The notes under the pieces were generated by a model, which worked only from the letters and a program-made list of their open reading frames with translations, was not told the origin of the DNA and made no database searches. The translations under genes and the position numbers were made by a program. Shown piece by piece: positions 1-9,116 of a stretch of DNA of 55,376 nt. This stretch comes from Candidatus Iainarchaeum sp. (GTDB lineage: Archaea > Iainarchaeota > Iainarchaeia > JAGGVJ01), in the NCBI GenBank assembly GCA_021158055.1, contig JAGGVJ010000045.1:1-55376 (forward strand), read 5' to 3'. Within the stretch, counting starts at the first letter, position 1. The number at the start of each line of letters is the position of its first letter.

Positions 1-110
1 AAAGTAATTTTATGTGCCTATCAAAGTAATTTTATGTGCCTATCAAAGTAATTTTATGTGCCTATCAAAGTAATTTTATGTGCCTATCAAAGTAATTTTA
101 TGTGCCTATC
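1..110. repeat. Perfect 22-bp tandem repeat (AAAGTAATTTTATGTGCCTATC) x5, possibly cut by the window edge
   Basis: Units start at 1, 23, 45, 67 and 89. A degenerate sixth unit at 111 (AAAGTGATTCTATGCAAC) contains the rfcS ATG. No spacers. Confidence 0.95.
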
Positions 111-121
111 AAAGTGATTCT

Positions 122-1084
122 ATGCAACAGACATACCTTCCCTGGACAGAAAAATACAGACCGAAAAACCTTGACGAAATAATCGGGCAAAAAAATATAG
201 TTGACCGCCTCAAAAGCTTTGTTTCCTCAAGAAACATGCCAAACCTGCTTTTCGCAGGGCCTGCGGGAATCGGTAAAACAACTTGTGCGCTTGCCATGGC
301 GCAAGAACTTTACAAAGACGGGTATTCACAGAACTTTCTTGAACTCAACGCGTCAGACGAAAGAGGAATCGACGTAGTAAGAAACACAATAAAAGACTTT
401 GCAAGAACCCTTCCTTTCGGGGGAGTCGACTTCAAAATCGCGTTTCTGGACGAAAGCGACGCGCTCACATCCGATGCACAATCGGCGCTTCGGCGAACAA
501 TGGAAAAATACACAGGCACATGCAGGTTTATCCTGAGTTGCAATTACTCGTCAAAAATAATTGACCCCATTCAAAGCAGGTGCACAGTATTTCGGTTCAG
601 GCCGTTTTCCTCTCACGACATACAGGAAATGGTCAGCCGCATTTCAAAACAAGAAAAATTCAACGTGACAGAAGACGGCCTTCGCGCAATAAACTATGTA
701 TGCGACGGAGACATGAGGCGCGCGCAAAACATCCTTCAAAGCGCATTTGCTTCATCCAAAGAAATAAACGAAAAAGTAGTGTTTGCTGTTTCAAGCCGCG
801 CTCATCCCACAGAAATAAACAAGATGATTGAATGCGCGCTGACAGGCGACTTCATCGGCTCGAGGAAGCGACTTGACGAACTGCTCTTCAACTACGGCAT
901 GTCCGGCGAAGACGTCATAAAACAAATTTACAAGAACATTGTGGACAGTGAAAAAATTGACGTTGACAAAAAAATCTGGCTAGTCGACAAAATCGGCGAA
1001 TTTAACTTTCGGATGGTTGAAGGGGCAAACGAACGCATCCAACTTGAAGCAATGCTTGCGCAGTTCATGAAAAAACAGGGATGA
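122..1084 (+). CDS. rfcS: Replication factor C small subunit
   Basis: PWTEKYRP, Walker A GPAGIGKT, LELNASDERG, LDESD and SRC motifs. Start placed at ATG 122 because the track start at 80 lies in the repeat. Confidence 0.96.
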   Translation: MQQTYLPWTEKYRPKNLDEIIGQKNIVDRLKSFVSSRNMPNLLFAGPAGIGKTTCALAMAQELYKDGYSQNFLELNASDERGIDVVRNTIKDFARTLPFGGVDFKIAFLDESDALTSDAQSALRRTMEKYTGTCRFILSCNYSSKIIDPIQSRCTVFRFRPFSSHDIQEMVSRISKQEKFNVTEDGLRAINYVCDGDMRRAQNILQSAFASSKEINEKVVFAVSSRAHPTEINKMIECALTGDFIGSRKRLDELLFNYGMSGEDVIKQIYKNIVDSEKIDVDKKIWLVDKIGEFNFRMVEGANERIQLEAMLAQFMKKQG

Positions 1085-1185
1085 AACACGGTTTTTCAGG
1101 CCACTGCCAAAACAGGCGCTTTTTTTAGATTTAAACCAAAAAAAAATTTTTTAAATCCAAACCAATAAAGATAAAAAAGAAAAAG

Positions 1186-1208
1186 AAGGCAGCTTTTTCA
1201 GCTGCCTT
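1186..1208 (-). terminator. Stem-loop between convergent genes, probable terminator
   Basis: AAGGCAGCT-ttttc-AGCTGCCTT perfect 9-bp stem, followed by a U-rich tract on the minus strand. Confidence 0.6.
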
Positions 1209-1241
1209 TAAACCACTTTTCAATGCTTTTTTGATTGCCGG

Positions 1242-4200
1242 TCACTCTTTTGTTTTCCCTGATTTTCTTGCAAAAATCACCATTGAAGCCAAGAGCACAA
1301 ATATTGCCGCAAGCAACGGGTTTGACTCCGGGGTGTTTACTTTGACCGGTTCTTCAATCACAGTCACATAAACTATATCTGAATCAACATGAGTCGGGTC
1401 TGTTGTTCCCGCCGCGTCCACGACCACAAGCTCAAACACGTGGCTTCCGACACCCAATTCAACACCCGTGATAGTTTCCCCTGTGTAAATTTCGGATACT
1501 GAGCCGTCTTTTTCCAGTTTTGACCAGTTGTAAGACACTATCTCTTCCCCGTCAGGGTCAAAAGAACTGCTTCCGTCAAGAACTATTTCCACTTTCGCGC
1601 CACCGCTTAAAACATGTGCGTACTGATCAAACCCGGCATCTGCAACAGGAGGGAGGTTTATTGAAACATTAATCAAAGGAATAACCCCCGAACATTCAGG
1701 ATCATAAAACGGTGGTGGACCCTCACCCAAACAGCCGATCTGGCAACAAGGCGGTATGCTTATGCCGCAAGGAACACCTGCGTCCGGACCGCAGTCAGGG
1801 TCATGGCTTCCGCAGACATCAATACAAATGCCGCCTCCGGTGGTCCCCCCCTCGCAATTCGGGGTGCATATCGTTGTAAGATTACAGCTGTCAGCATCCG
1901 TCTCACCATTATCATCAACAACTTCCAGACAATATCTTGTCACCCTGCTCACACCCGACGAAGAGACAGCATAACTCAGCACTTCACCGATTCCAGACCC
2001 TGTTATTGGGAATTCATGCAAAACCGGCCCCGAACAGCCCTCATTGCCGTAAAGCCTGACAACTGCATCGCTGGTGTCAATATCAACATCATAATCAACG
2101 GCCAGTGAATCAGGGGCAAGCACCACAGAATCAGCGCTGTTGCAGGTTATCTCGGGGGGATAGTCGCCGCTGATATTTTCTGTAACCTCAATATCTGCGC
2201 ATGCAATAGCTTCGCCGTCAATATCTGTCACCTTGACACAAACACGGGCAGTGTAAGGAAATGATCCAGGGGGATCCCTTGAAGGCAGATAATCAACAAC
2301 TGCATTATTATACGGGTTGTCATACTCATCATAACCCTGCTCTGTTACAAAAATCTCGCCTGTACGGCCATTTGGATCAGAACCGTCCGGATTAAATATC
2401 GCAAAAGTGCCGTCATCCTGTCTAAATCCGTCTTCCGGGTCACTCGGATACCCTGAAGTTTCATCATACAAGACATATGTCAAGGTCCCGCCGTCCGGAT
2501 CCACGGCATCCAACAAGAAATCAGTCGGAGACTGTTTAAGCTCATCGATTGAAGGCCTTTCCGGAGCAAATGAATTTATTACCGGACCGCTGGTCGCCCT
2601 GACATGGAACACCCCGCAAGAGGCAGCCATATCCAGACTCACCTGCTTTTCAGGCGCAACACTTTCAACCGCCTTCAGATAATACGGGACATCTGTTCCG
2701 ATACTCTCTGAAACAACGTAACTTGAAGAACAGGAAGAATAAGCCGGTCCGCAGTCAACAGTTGAATAGGTCAGCACAGTGGAAGACCCGCCAAACGGAT
2801 TGCTCAAAAGGTCATCGGCGCTGAGTCCGCCGCAATCGGCAGTCGAACACACAAACACCCTCAAAGTGTTTCCATCAAGGTCGTTTACATTGCTGTTATC
2901 CAGAATGAAATCCAGATTTTGCGTCGGTGACACAGGGTCAGGGGAATCAACGTCTGAAGTGCAACTCACTGTCGGGGCATTGGGGCTTACCGGTTCAGGG
3001 CTAACGCCGCCTCCGCCGCCCCCGTCATCTCCCCCACAACTCAATGGAGTGTTTGAACTTAACAGGCACCAGTCAGCGTACCCCGGGCTATAATGGCTGG
3101 GGTCTGCAACATCTTCCGCTCTCAGGGAAGGGCTTGCGCAAGGCGCCGTGCCTGCATAACCGCCGCCGTAGTAAACATTTATTATATTCACTTCGTTTTC
3201 ATTGTCGCATTCCGGGAACGGAACGTCCGCGCTTCCAATAATCCAGTCCTCGGGATGGATCCCTGAACGGTGAAGATTGCCGGTCCACCTTTCTTCGGCT
3301 TTAACCACCAAACCGTTCCTTACCTGAACCAGATACCAGTAAGTATCTGTACTTCCGCCGGCTTTTCTTATCTGCACGGGACCCGTAACAAACTCATATT
3401 CCAATTCCTGCCTCTCACCCGGATCCAACAACGGCTGCGAATGGGTCGGTTCATCCCACCAGTTGGAAGCACCTCTGGATTCAACAGTAAACGGGTAAAT
3501 TGAGTAAATATCACTACTATCACCTGATTGAGGGCCGACAAGCAAGATAAGCCATTTGTCTTCCCCAACCCAGTTCGCCAGTTCAGTGTTTCGTTCATAA
3601 TTTGCAAATGTCCTGAAGTCAGTGTTTTTAAGAATCTTTGAACCGCTTGTGTTTGTTCCAAGACTCCACTCCGAAAGGGATGACGGGACGTTTTTAAGGA
3701 AATTTTCTGACGCCAGGAGAGTCATATTCACCTTGCAACCCTCTAAGGTGGCTGCATTCGGATCCCTGCAACTGGACGGGTTTGACTCACAAGGCGCTCC
3801 AGTTTCACAGCTTATTATAAAATTTGTCCCGTTCACAAACAGGAGAGTAATCTCATCACCGGCCGTGTAATTCCCTTTCTCTTCAACATCGTAGGAAAAA
3901 TTAAACTCATACTCGACCCCGTCAATTCCCGGGGCGTATACGACGTCCGGAGACCCGGATTCAGGCAGGGAAACAGTTAATTCCAGATTGCCCTGTCCTT
4001 TTACCACATCCACTTTAATCAGATATTCGTCATTGGCAACAACCGTGTAACTTATTGACTCGGTTGAAGTGTCTGCAGTTACACTGCTAGCCAACCCTGA
4101 ACCGTCGTCTTCAAGGAAATAAAGATCAACATCAAGATCTGAACTCAACTCGTCAGGAAGCAACATTGTTGAAATGTTCAATAACCCGCTTTCCACGGGT

Positions 4201-5246
4201 TTCACTTTAATGTAATCCACCTGGTCCCCGCAGAAATAATAATGTGACGGCAGGATTTTCGTCTGCCCTCCTGAAATGGAAATATTGGGTCCGCCAACTA
4301 CACCCTGCAAATCCTTTGGATCGGCCTGATTCACAGCAATGCCTGTGACACATTTGCCGAAAAAACATTTGCCGTCAGGACAATCAGTGGAAGTTCCAAA
4401 CTCTGCGCCCAAAATGTCGCCGAAACCCAGCGTGCAGGTAAATTCATCGTGCGTGTAAACTGTGACACTTGTGGCAAGACTGCCGGGAACATTTTGAATG
4501 ATATCATCGCAACCCGCACCTTCCTGAGAATACAATCCCGGGAACAAATGATTACAATCGGAAGGGAACGTCCTATAAATTGCTTTCAAATCAATATTCT
4601 TGCTGACAACACAGACAGCGTCTTTATTGACATCATCCACTACACAAGTGTGGTTTTCTGCACGCCCGCTTGACCCGCAATACCCACTTAAATCAAAACA
4701 ATCAACATAAGCTTTGATAGGGGAAACAAAATTGCTGAAAATATCCTTTTCTATATCACAGGTTTGTTTTACAGCCACTTCGTTATCTGCACAGTGGCTG
4801 TTTGGATCAGCCAATCCATTGAAATAATCTATGCAATCATTCACATCTGACGATTCAATCTCAATTACCGGGTTTCGTACTCCGTCATCAGATCCGTCAT
4901 TGCACTCAGGTATTGTATCACGGCAGTTCACCAACCCGCAATCCGTTACGGATTCACATCCAAGCGGAAGAGGGCCGATGGCAGTGCAAATCTGCCCGGC
5001 AGGTATTATATCTTCATTGCTGTAAGCACAACCATAGACAGCTGTTGTGGAGCCCGAACATCCTGAAATACAAACACATGCACCACCACCCCAGTAACAG
5101 GTATCATCATATTCATAATGCTCCGGACAACTATACAGACCGCTAGTTTCACCAGGCAAACAAGCGAAAGAGGTAACACCTGATAAAAAAAACGAGAAAA
5201 CCAAAAAAACAAACAAATAATTAATAAAACCAACTTTTCCAGACAT
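1242..5246 (-). CDS. Large secreted Cys-rich acidic surface protein with PPC-like and PKD domains and a C-terminal membrane anchor
   Basis: N-terminal signal peptide and many Cys clusters. PPC-like segment DLDVDLYFLEDDG..ESISYTV. PKD motif PPVADAG..LDGSSSFDPDG..SYNW. C-terminus TPESNP plus hydrophobic helix plus RK. Confidence 0.75.
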   Translation of the reverse strand: MSGKVGFINYLFVFLVFSFFLSGVTSFACLPGETSGLYSCPEHYEYDDTCYWGGGACVCISGCSGSTTAVYGCAYSNEDIIPAGQICTAIGPLPLGCESVTDCGLVNCRDTIPECNDGSDDGVRNPVIEIESSDVNDCIDYFNGLADPNSHCADNEVAVKQTCDIEKDIFSNFVSPIKAYVDCFDLSGYCGSSGRAENHTCVVDDVNKDAVCVVSKNIDLKAIYRTFPSDCNHLFPGLYSQEGAGCDDIIQNVPGSLATSVTVYTHDEFTCTLGFGDILGAEFGTSTDCPDGKCFFGKCVTGIAVNQADPKDLQGVVGGPNISISGGQTKILPSHYYFCGDQVDYIKVKPVESGLLNISTMLLPDELSSDLDVDLYFLEDDGSGLASSVTADTSTESISYTVVANDEYLIKVDVVKGQGNLELTVSLPESGSPDVVYAPGIDGVEYEFNFSYDVEEKGNYTAGDEITLLFVNGTNFIISCETGAPCESNPSSCRDPNAATLEGCKVNMTLLASENFLKNVPSSLSEWSLGTNTSGSKILKNTDFRTFANYERNTELANWVGEDKWLILLVGPQSGDSSDIYSIYPFTVESRGASNWWDEPTHSQPLLDPGERQELEYEFVTGPVQIRKAGGSTDTYWYLVQVRNGLVVKAEERWTGNLHRSGIHPEDWIIGSADVPFPECDNENEVNIINVYYGGGYAGTAPCASPSLRAEDVADPSHYSPGYADWCLLSSNTPLSCGGDDGGGGGGVSPEPVSPNAPTVSCTSDVDSPDPVSPTQNLDFILDNSNVNDLDGNTLRVFVCSTADCGGLSADDLLSNPFGGSSTVLTYSTVDCGPAYSSCSSSYVVSESIGTDVPYYLKAVESVAPEKQVSLDMAASCGVFHVRATSGPVINSFAPERPSIDELKQSPTDFLLDAVDPDGGTLTYVLYDETSGYPSDPEDGFRQDDGTFAIFNPDGSDPNGRTGEIFVTEQGYDEYDNPYNNAVVDYLPSRDPPGSFPYTARVCVKVTDIDGEAIACADIEVTENISGDYPPEITCNSADSVVLAPDSLAVDYDVDIDTSDAVVRLYGNEGCSGPVLHEFPITGSGIGEVLSYAVSSSGVSRVTRYCLEVVDDNGETDADSCNLTTICTPNCEGGTTGGGICIDVCGSHDPDCGPDAGVPCGISIPPCCQIGCLGEGPPPFYDPECSGVIPLINVSINLPPVADAGFDQYAHVLSGGAKVEIVLDGSSSFDPDGEEIVSYNWSKLEKDGSVSEIYTGETITGVELGVGSHVFELVVVDAAGTTDPTHVDSDIVYVTVIEEPVKVNTPESNPLLAAIFVLLASMVIFARKSGKTKE

Positions 5247-5459
5247 GCACTACCCCTCCACTATAATTAAAACAAACACATTAAATACATATTACATGAT
5301 ATATTACTCAAAAATTACTCAAATAAATATACACAACTCAAAAATGCCCAAATGAATACAAAAAGAATACTAATACTATTAATATAAACCTTTTGCAAAA
5401 AAAAGTTAAAAATACATCTACACTCTGCCAGTATCAATCTGTGCCACTTCAGGCACCTG

Positions 5460-6752
5460 TCACTTCAAATACTTGAAAAGCAGGTTTCTTGAGCCAAACA
5501 ATTTTACAAGCTCGCTTTCCTTTTTCCAGGTCTTGATCGGAATTTTAAGTTTGGCGGATGCAAATGAAAGCGCTTCTTCAATACTTGAAAACGCAACCGG
5601 CTTTGACTCAAGTGCTTTTCTCAATCCCTCACGTACCTGCCAGACCCCGAGAGGCGCCCAGTAACCGGAGTGAATCTCCCTCAATATAAGCGCGGCTGAC
5701 TGGTGTTTTTTCTCAAGCATCTTCTCGCAAACCGCAAGCCTGCCTGCAAAATATCCACCGGCCACGTTGAAAGGATAATTTTTCCTGCCCTTGTTCGGTT
5801 CAAAATCACCCATTATTACCGGTTCTTCTTTGGACTCTTCAACTAAACCGACTGCACCGGCGCCGGAACCGGAATCGCCCTGCCCGCCCCACGAAGAACC
5901 CGGAAGCCATGCCTCAAGCTGTTCAAAAGCCCACGGCATCGGAATAAAAATTACAACGTAATGGTTGTCCATCAGATCCCCACAGTAAACCTCAAACTCC
6001 CCTGCTTCAGAAAGGTCTTTTACTTTTGAGACAAGTTCTTTTGAAACATTCGAATCAACTGCTGTGATACTCCACCTTGTGGGCACAAGTTTTCTTTTCC
6101 TGCCCTCGCCAAGCAAGCCCGCAGTTAAAATCTTGTTTATCCTGTCAACTGAAACACCGCCCATATAAAGCTCCATGATTGCGTCAATTGACTTTGCGTT
6201 GGTGTCACCTGTCAGATAATCAACTTTTCTCGGAATCAAAGGGTTTTGCGCCAAAGAAAAATCCTTCAAAGGAGCAGAAGGGCCCATTGGCATGGTCTCA
6301 AACCCAAAATCAATTTTCAGAACCGGTTTTTTTTCAAGAGACACTTCAACATCAACCGGCTTTTCACTCATTGACAGCTCCTGGGTCAACGAAAGCCATT
6401 TTCCCGGGTCTCTTGCTTCAGTTACGTCGGCGTCAAAAGTGGATCGGAAAAGAGAACTTCTAAAATCAACAATCGAATCAACAGACAGATCCCTCCAGCG
6501 CGAAGGGTTGTCAAAAAGGTCAGGGTCAACCACAACTGAAGGAGTGGACAACGGCGAAACAGAAATTTTCGGGTAATTATGCCAGCCCGCAAAAAGAGAC
6601 GGTGGGGAATTCCCGGACAATTCCTTTTTCAGCAACTCTTTTGGAAAAGTACTTTTGAACTCAAGCTTTTTCAAAATGGGGCAAAATTTTCTGCCACACC
6701 AAAGCCGCCCCTTGCAGCGCATGCACTGCTCCCTCTCTTCAGCCGAAACCAT
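5460..6752 (-). CDS. nreA: Nre family archaeal DNA repair protein
   Basis: N-terminal CxxCKGRLWCG..CP, SPPSLF, RKLVPTRWSITAVD, GGYFAGRLAV, PLGVWQVRE. C-terminus resembles a degenerate PIP box (NLLFKYL). Confidence 0.88.
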   Translation of the reverse strand: MVSAEEREQCMRCKGRLWCGRKFCPILKKLEFKSTFPKELLKKELSGNSPPSLFAGWHNYPKISVSPLSTPSVVVDPDLFDNPSRWRDLSVDSIVDFRSSLFRSTFDADVTEARDPGKWLSLTQELSMSEKPVDVEVSLEKKPVLKIDFGFETMPMGPSAPLKDFSLAQNPLIPRKVDYLTGDTNAKSIDAIMELYMGGVSVDRINKILTAGLLGEGRKRKLVPTRWSITAVDSNVSKELVSKVKDLSEAGEFEVYCGDLMDNHYVVIFIPMPWAFEQLEAWLPGSSWGGQGDSGSGAGAVGLVEESKEEPVIMGDFEPNKGRKNYPFNVAGGYFAGRLAVCEKMLEKKHQSAALILREIHSGYWAPLGVWQVREGLRKALESKPVAFSSIEEALSFASAKLKIPIKTWKKESELVKLFGSRNLLFKYLK

Positions 6753-7058
6753 GATAAAAACGTATCGCTTGAAATATTAGAAGTTTTGCAACGATATAAC
6801 CAACTTTAATAGAACAACAAAATAATGATAATTATTTAAACAACAAACCCTTTATCCCATACGGTGAAAAAAATGATCGGGTGGTCTGAAACACAACTTA
6901 AAATCTAAACCCTGTTTTTATTCCTATTCAGTTAGCCGGTGCTTTGACTCCCAAAACAGACTTGGTTCAAATCCAGTGTCTTTCATCTCTTTTTTACGCT
7001 TAGTTTATTCAGAATCTTTTAAAAAACAAAAAACTATAAAACATGCTGAGGTGTACCT

Positions 7059-8978
7059 ATGAGTGAAATAATCGTAACTTTGCCTGACAAAAGCAAAAAA
7101 AAGTTCAAATCAAAAGTAAGCGTTCTTGACATTGCGTCATCCATCGGCGAAGGGCTTGCACGGGCGGCAATAGCCGGGGAGATAAACGGAAAACCCGTTG
7201 ACCTCGACACTCAAATAACCGCTGATTCAGACCTGAAAATACTTACTTTCAAAGACGAAAAAGGAAAACAGATTTTCTGGCACTCAACAGCCCACCTTCT
7301 GGCACAAGCGGTAAAAGAACTCTTTCCCGACGCAGTGCTCGCAATAGGGCCGGCGATAGAAAACGGTTTTTACTACGACTTCGACGTTAAAAAACCGTTC
7401 AGCCTGGAAGACTTTGAAAAAATAGAAGCAAAAATGAACGAACTTGCAAAACAAGACCTCAAAATCACCCGCGAAACCAAAAGCAAAAAAGAAGCAATTG
7501 ACCTGTTTGAAAAACAAGGCAACCGGTACAAAAAAGAAATCCTTGAACAAAACATAAAAGGCGACTCCGCAAGTTTTTACACCCAGGGAAACTTCAGCGA
7601 CATGTGCATCGGTCCCCACCTGCCAGGCACTGGAAAAATACAGGCAGTCAAGCTGCTCAAGGTTGCAGGGGCTTATTGGAAAGGAAACGAAAAAAACAAA
7701 ATGCTTCAGAGAATCTACGGAATCAGCTTCCCGGACAAAAAACAGTTAAAAGAATTCATTGGACTGCAGGAAGAAGCGCAAAAACGGGACCACAGGAAAA
7801 TCGGAAAAGCACTTGACCTTTTTAGCTTTCACCCTGCTTCAGCCGGGTGTGTTTACTGGCACCCGAAAGGATTCATCATATTCAACGAGCTTGAAAACTT
7901 CTGGCGGCAGGAGCACATCAAACGAGGATACACTGAAATACAGACCCCTCAAATATTCAACAAAAGCCTCTGGGAACAATCAGGCCACTGGGAACACTAT
8001 AAAGACGAAATGTTCACTTTCAAAGTCGACGACGAAGTGTACAGTTTAAAACCAATGGACTGCCCTGACTCCATCGTGGTATACCAAACCAAAAAAAGAA
8101 GCTACAGAGAACTTCCCCTGCGGTTCAATGAAATCGGAAGAATATTCCGGAACGAATTGTCAGGGACGCTCGGGGGGCTTTTTCGGGTAAGGCAAATCAC
8201 CCAGGACGACGCGCACATCTTTGCCATGCCCGACCAGATACAGAAAGAAATAAGCCGGATAATAGAGTTTGTAAAATCATTTTACGCAATATTTGACTTC
8301 AATCCGGAAATTTACCTGAGCACCAGGCCTGACAAGGCAATGGGAAGCAAGGAAATGTGGGACAAGGCAGAATCAGACCTAAAAAAAGCACTTGAAGCAA
8401 ACAACATGGAATACGGACTCAAAGAAAAAGACGGTGCCTTTTACGGGCCAAAAATCGACATACACATGAGGGACTGCTTAAACCGGGACTGGCAGCTTGC
8501 AACAATCCAGCTTGACTTTCAGCTCCCAAACCGGTTCAAGATCCGTTACGTGGGCTCGGACGGCAAAGAACACGAGCCGGTGATGATACACAGGGTGATA
8601 TTCGGGTCTTTTGAAAGATTCATAGGGATATTAATCGAAGAATTCGCGGGCGCATTCCCGTTATGGCTTGCCCCGGTCCAGACAACTGTCATTCCCATTG
8701 CAGACCGGCACAACAAATACGCTGAAAAAATTGCAGGCACCTTAAGAGAAAACGGGGTGCGTGTTGAAATCGATTCACGGCAGGAAAAAGTAGAATACAA
8801 AATACGCGAAGCACAACTGCAAAAAGTGCCTTACGTGCTTGTGCTTGGAGACCGGGAAGAACAAAACAACACAATTACTGTGCGCGACCGGTCCGGAAAA
8901 GTCGAGCAAAAAGTAAACGTGAACGAATTCCTGTCAAAAACCCTTAAAGAAATTGCTGAAAAAACAATAAAAAGCTAA
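7059..8978 (+). CDS. thrS: Threonine--tRNA ligase, bacterial-type architecture
   Basis: TGS domain, editing domain (HSTAHLLA, MCIGPH), RDHRKIG, LKPMDCP, QDDAH, GAFYGPKID, and anticodon-binding domain. SD GAGGTG upstream. Confidence 0.97.
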   Translation: MSEIIVTLPDKSKKKFKSKVSVLDIASSIGEGLARAAIAGEINGKPVDLDTQITADSDLKILTFKDEKGKQIFWHSTAHLLAQAVKELFPDAVLAIGPAIENGFYYDFDVKKPFSLEDFEKIEAKMNELAKQDLKITRETKSKKEAIDLFEKQGNRYKKEILEQNIKGDSASFYTQGNFSDMCIGPHLPGTGKIQAVKLLKVAGAYWKGNEKNKMLQRIYGISFPDKKQLKEFIGLQEEAQKRDHRKIGKALDLFSFHPASAGCVYWHPKGFIIFNELENFWRQEHIKRGYTEIQTPQIFNKSLWEQSGHWEHYKDEMFTFKVDDEVYSLKPMDCPDSIVVYQTKKRSYRELPLRFNEIGRIFRNELSGTLGGLFRVRQITQDDAHIFAMPDQIQKEISRIIEFVKSFYAIFDFNPEIYLSTRPDKAMGSKEMWDKAESDLKKALEANNMEYGLKEKDGAFYGPKIDIHMRDCLNRDWQLATIQLDFQLPNRFKIRYVGSDGKEHEPVMIHRVIFGSFERFIGILIEEFAGAFPLWLAPVQTTVIPIADRHNKYAEKIAGTLRENGVRVEIDSRQEKVEYKIREAQLQKVPYVLVLGDREEQNNTITVRDRSGKVEQKVNVNEFLSKTLKEIAEKTIKS

Positions 8979-9116
8979 AAAACCCACCTGCCAAGACTTA
9001 CAAACTAAGATACAGGATAAACATAAATACAATAACAAAACAATGGCAGAAACACATAACCCGGACACAAGCCACAAACAATAGGTATATATAAAATAAA
9101 CAAGTTAATTTTTTTA

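Noticed and set aside
1-110. CRISPR array
   Set aside because: The repeats are head-to-tail with no spacers, and there are no cas genes in the window.
122-1084. Inteins in RFC (also considered for CDC48, RadB and the pilus ATPase)
   Set aside because: Conserved motifs are contiguous and lengths are normal.
6930-6990. Complete tRNA gene upstream of thrS
   Set aside because: Only a T-loop-like hairpin is present. I could not build acceptor, D or anticodon stems.
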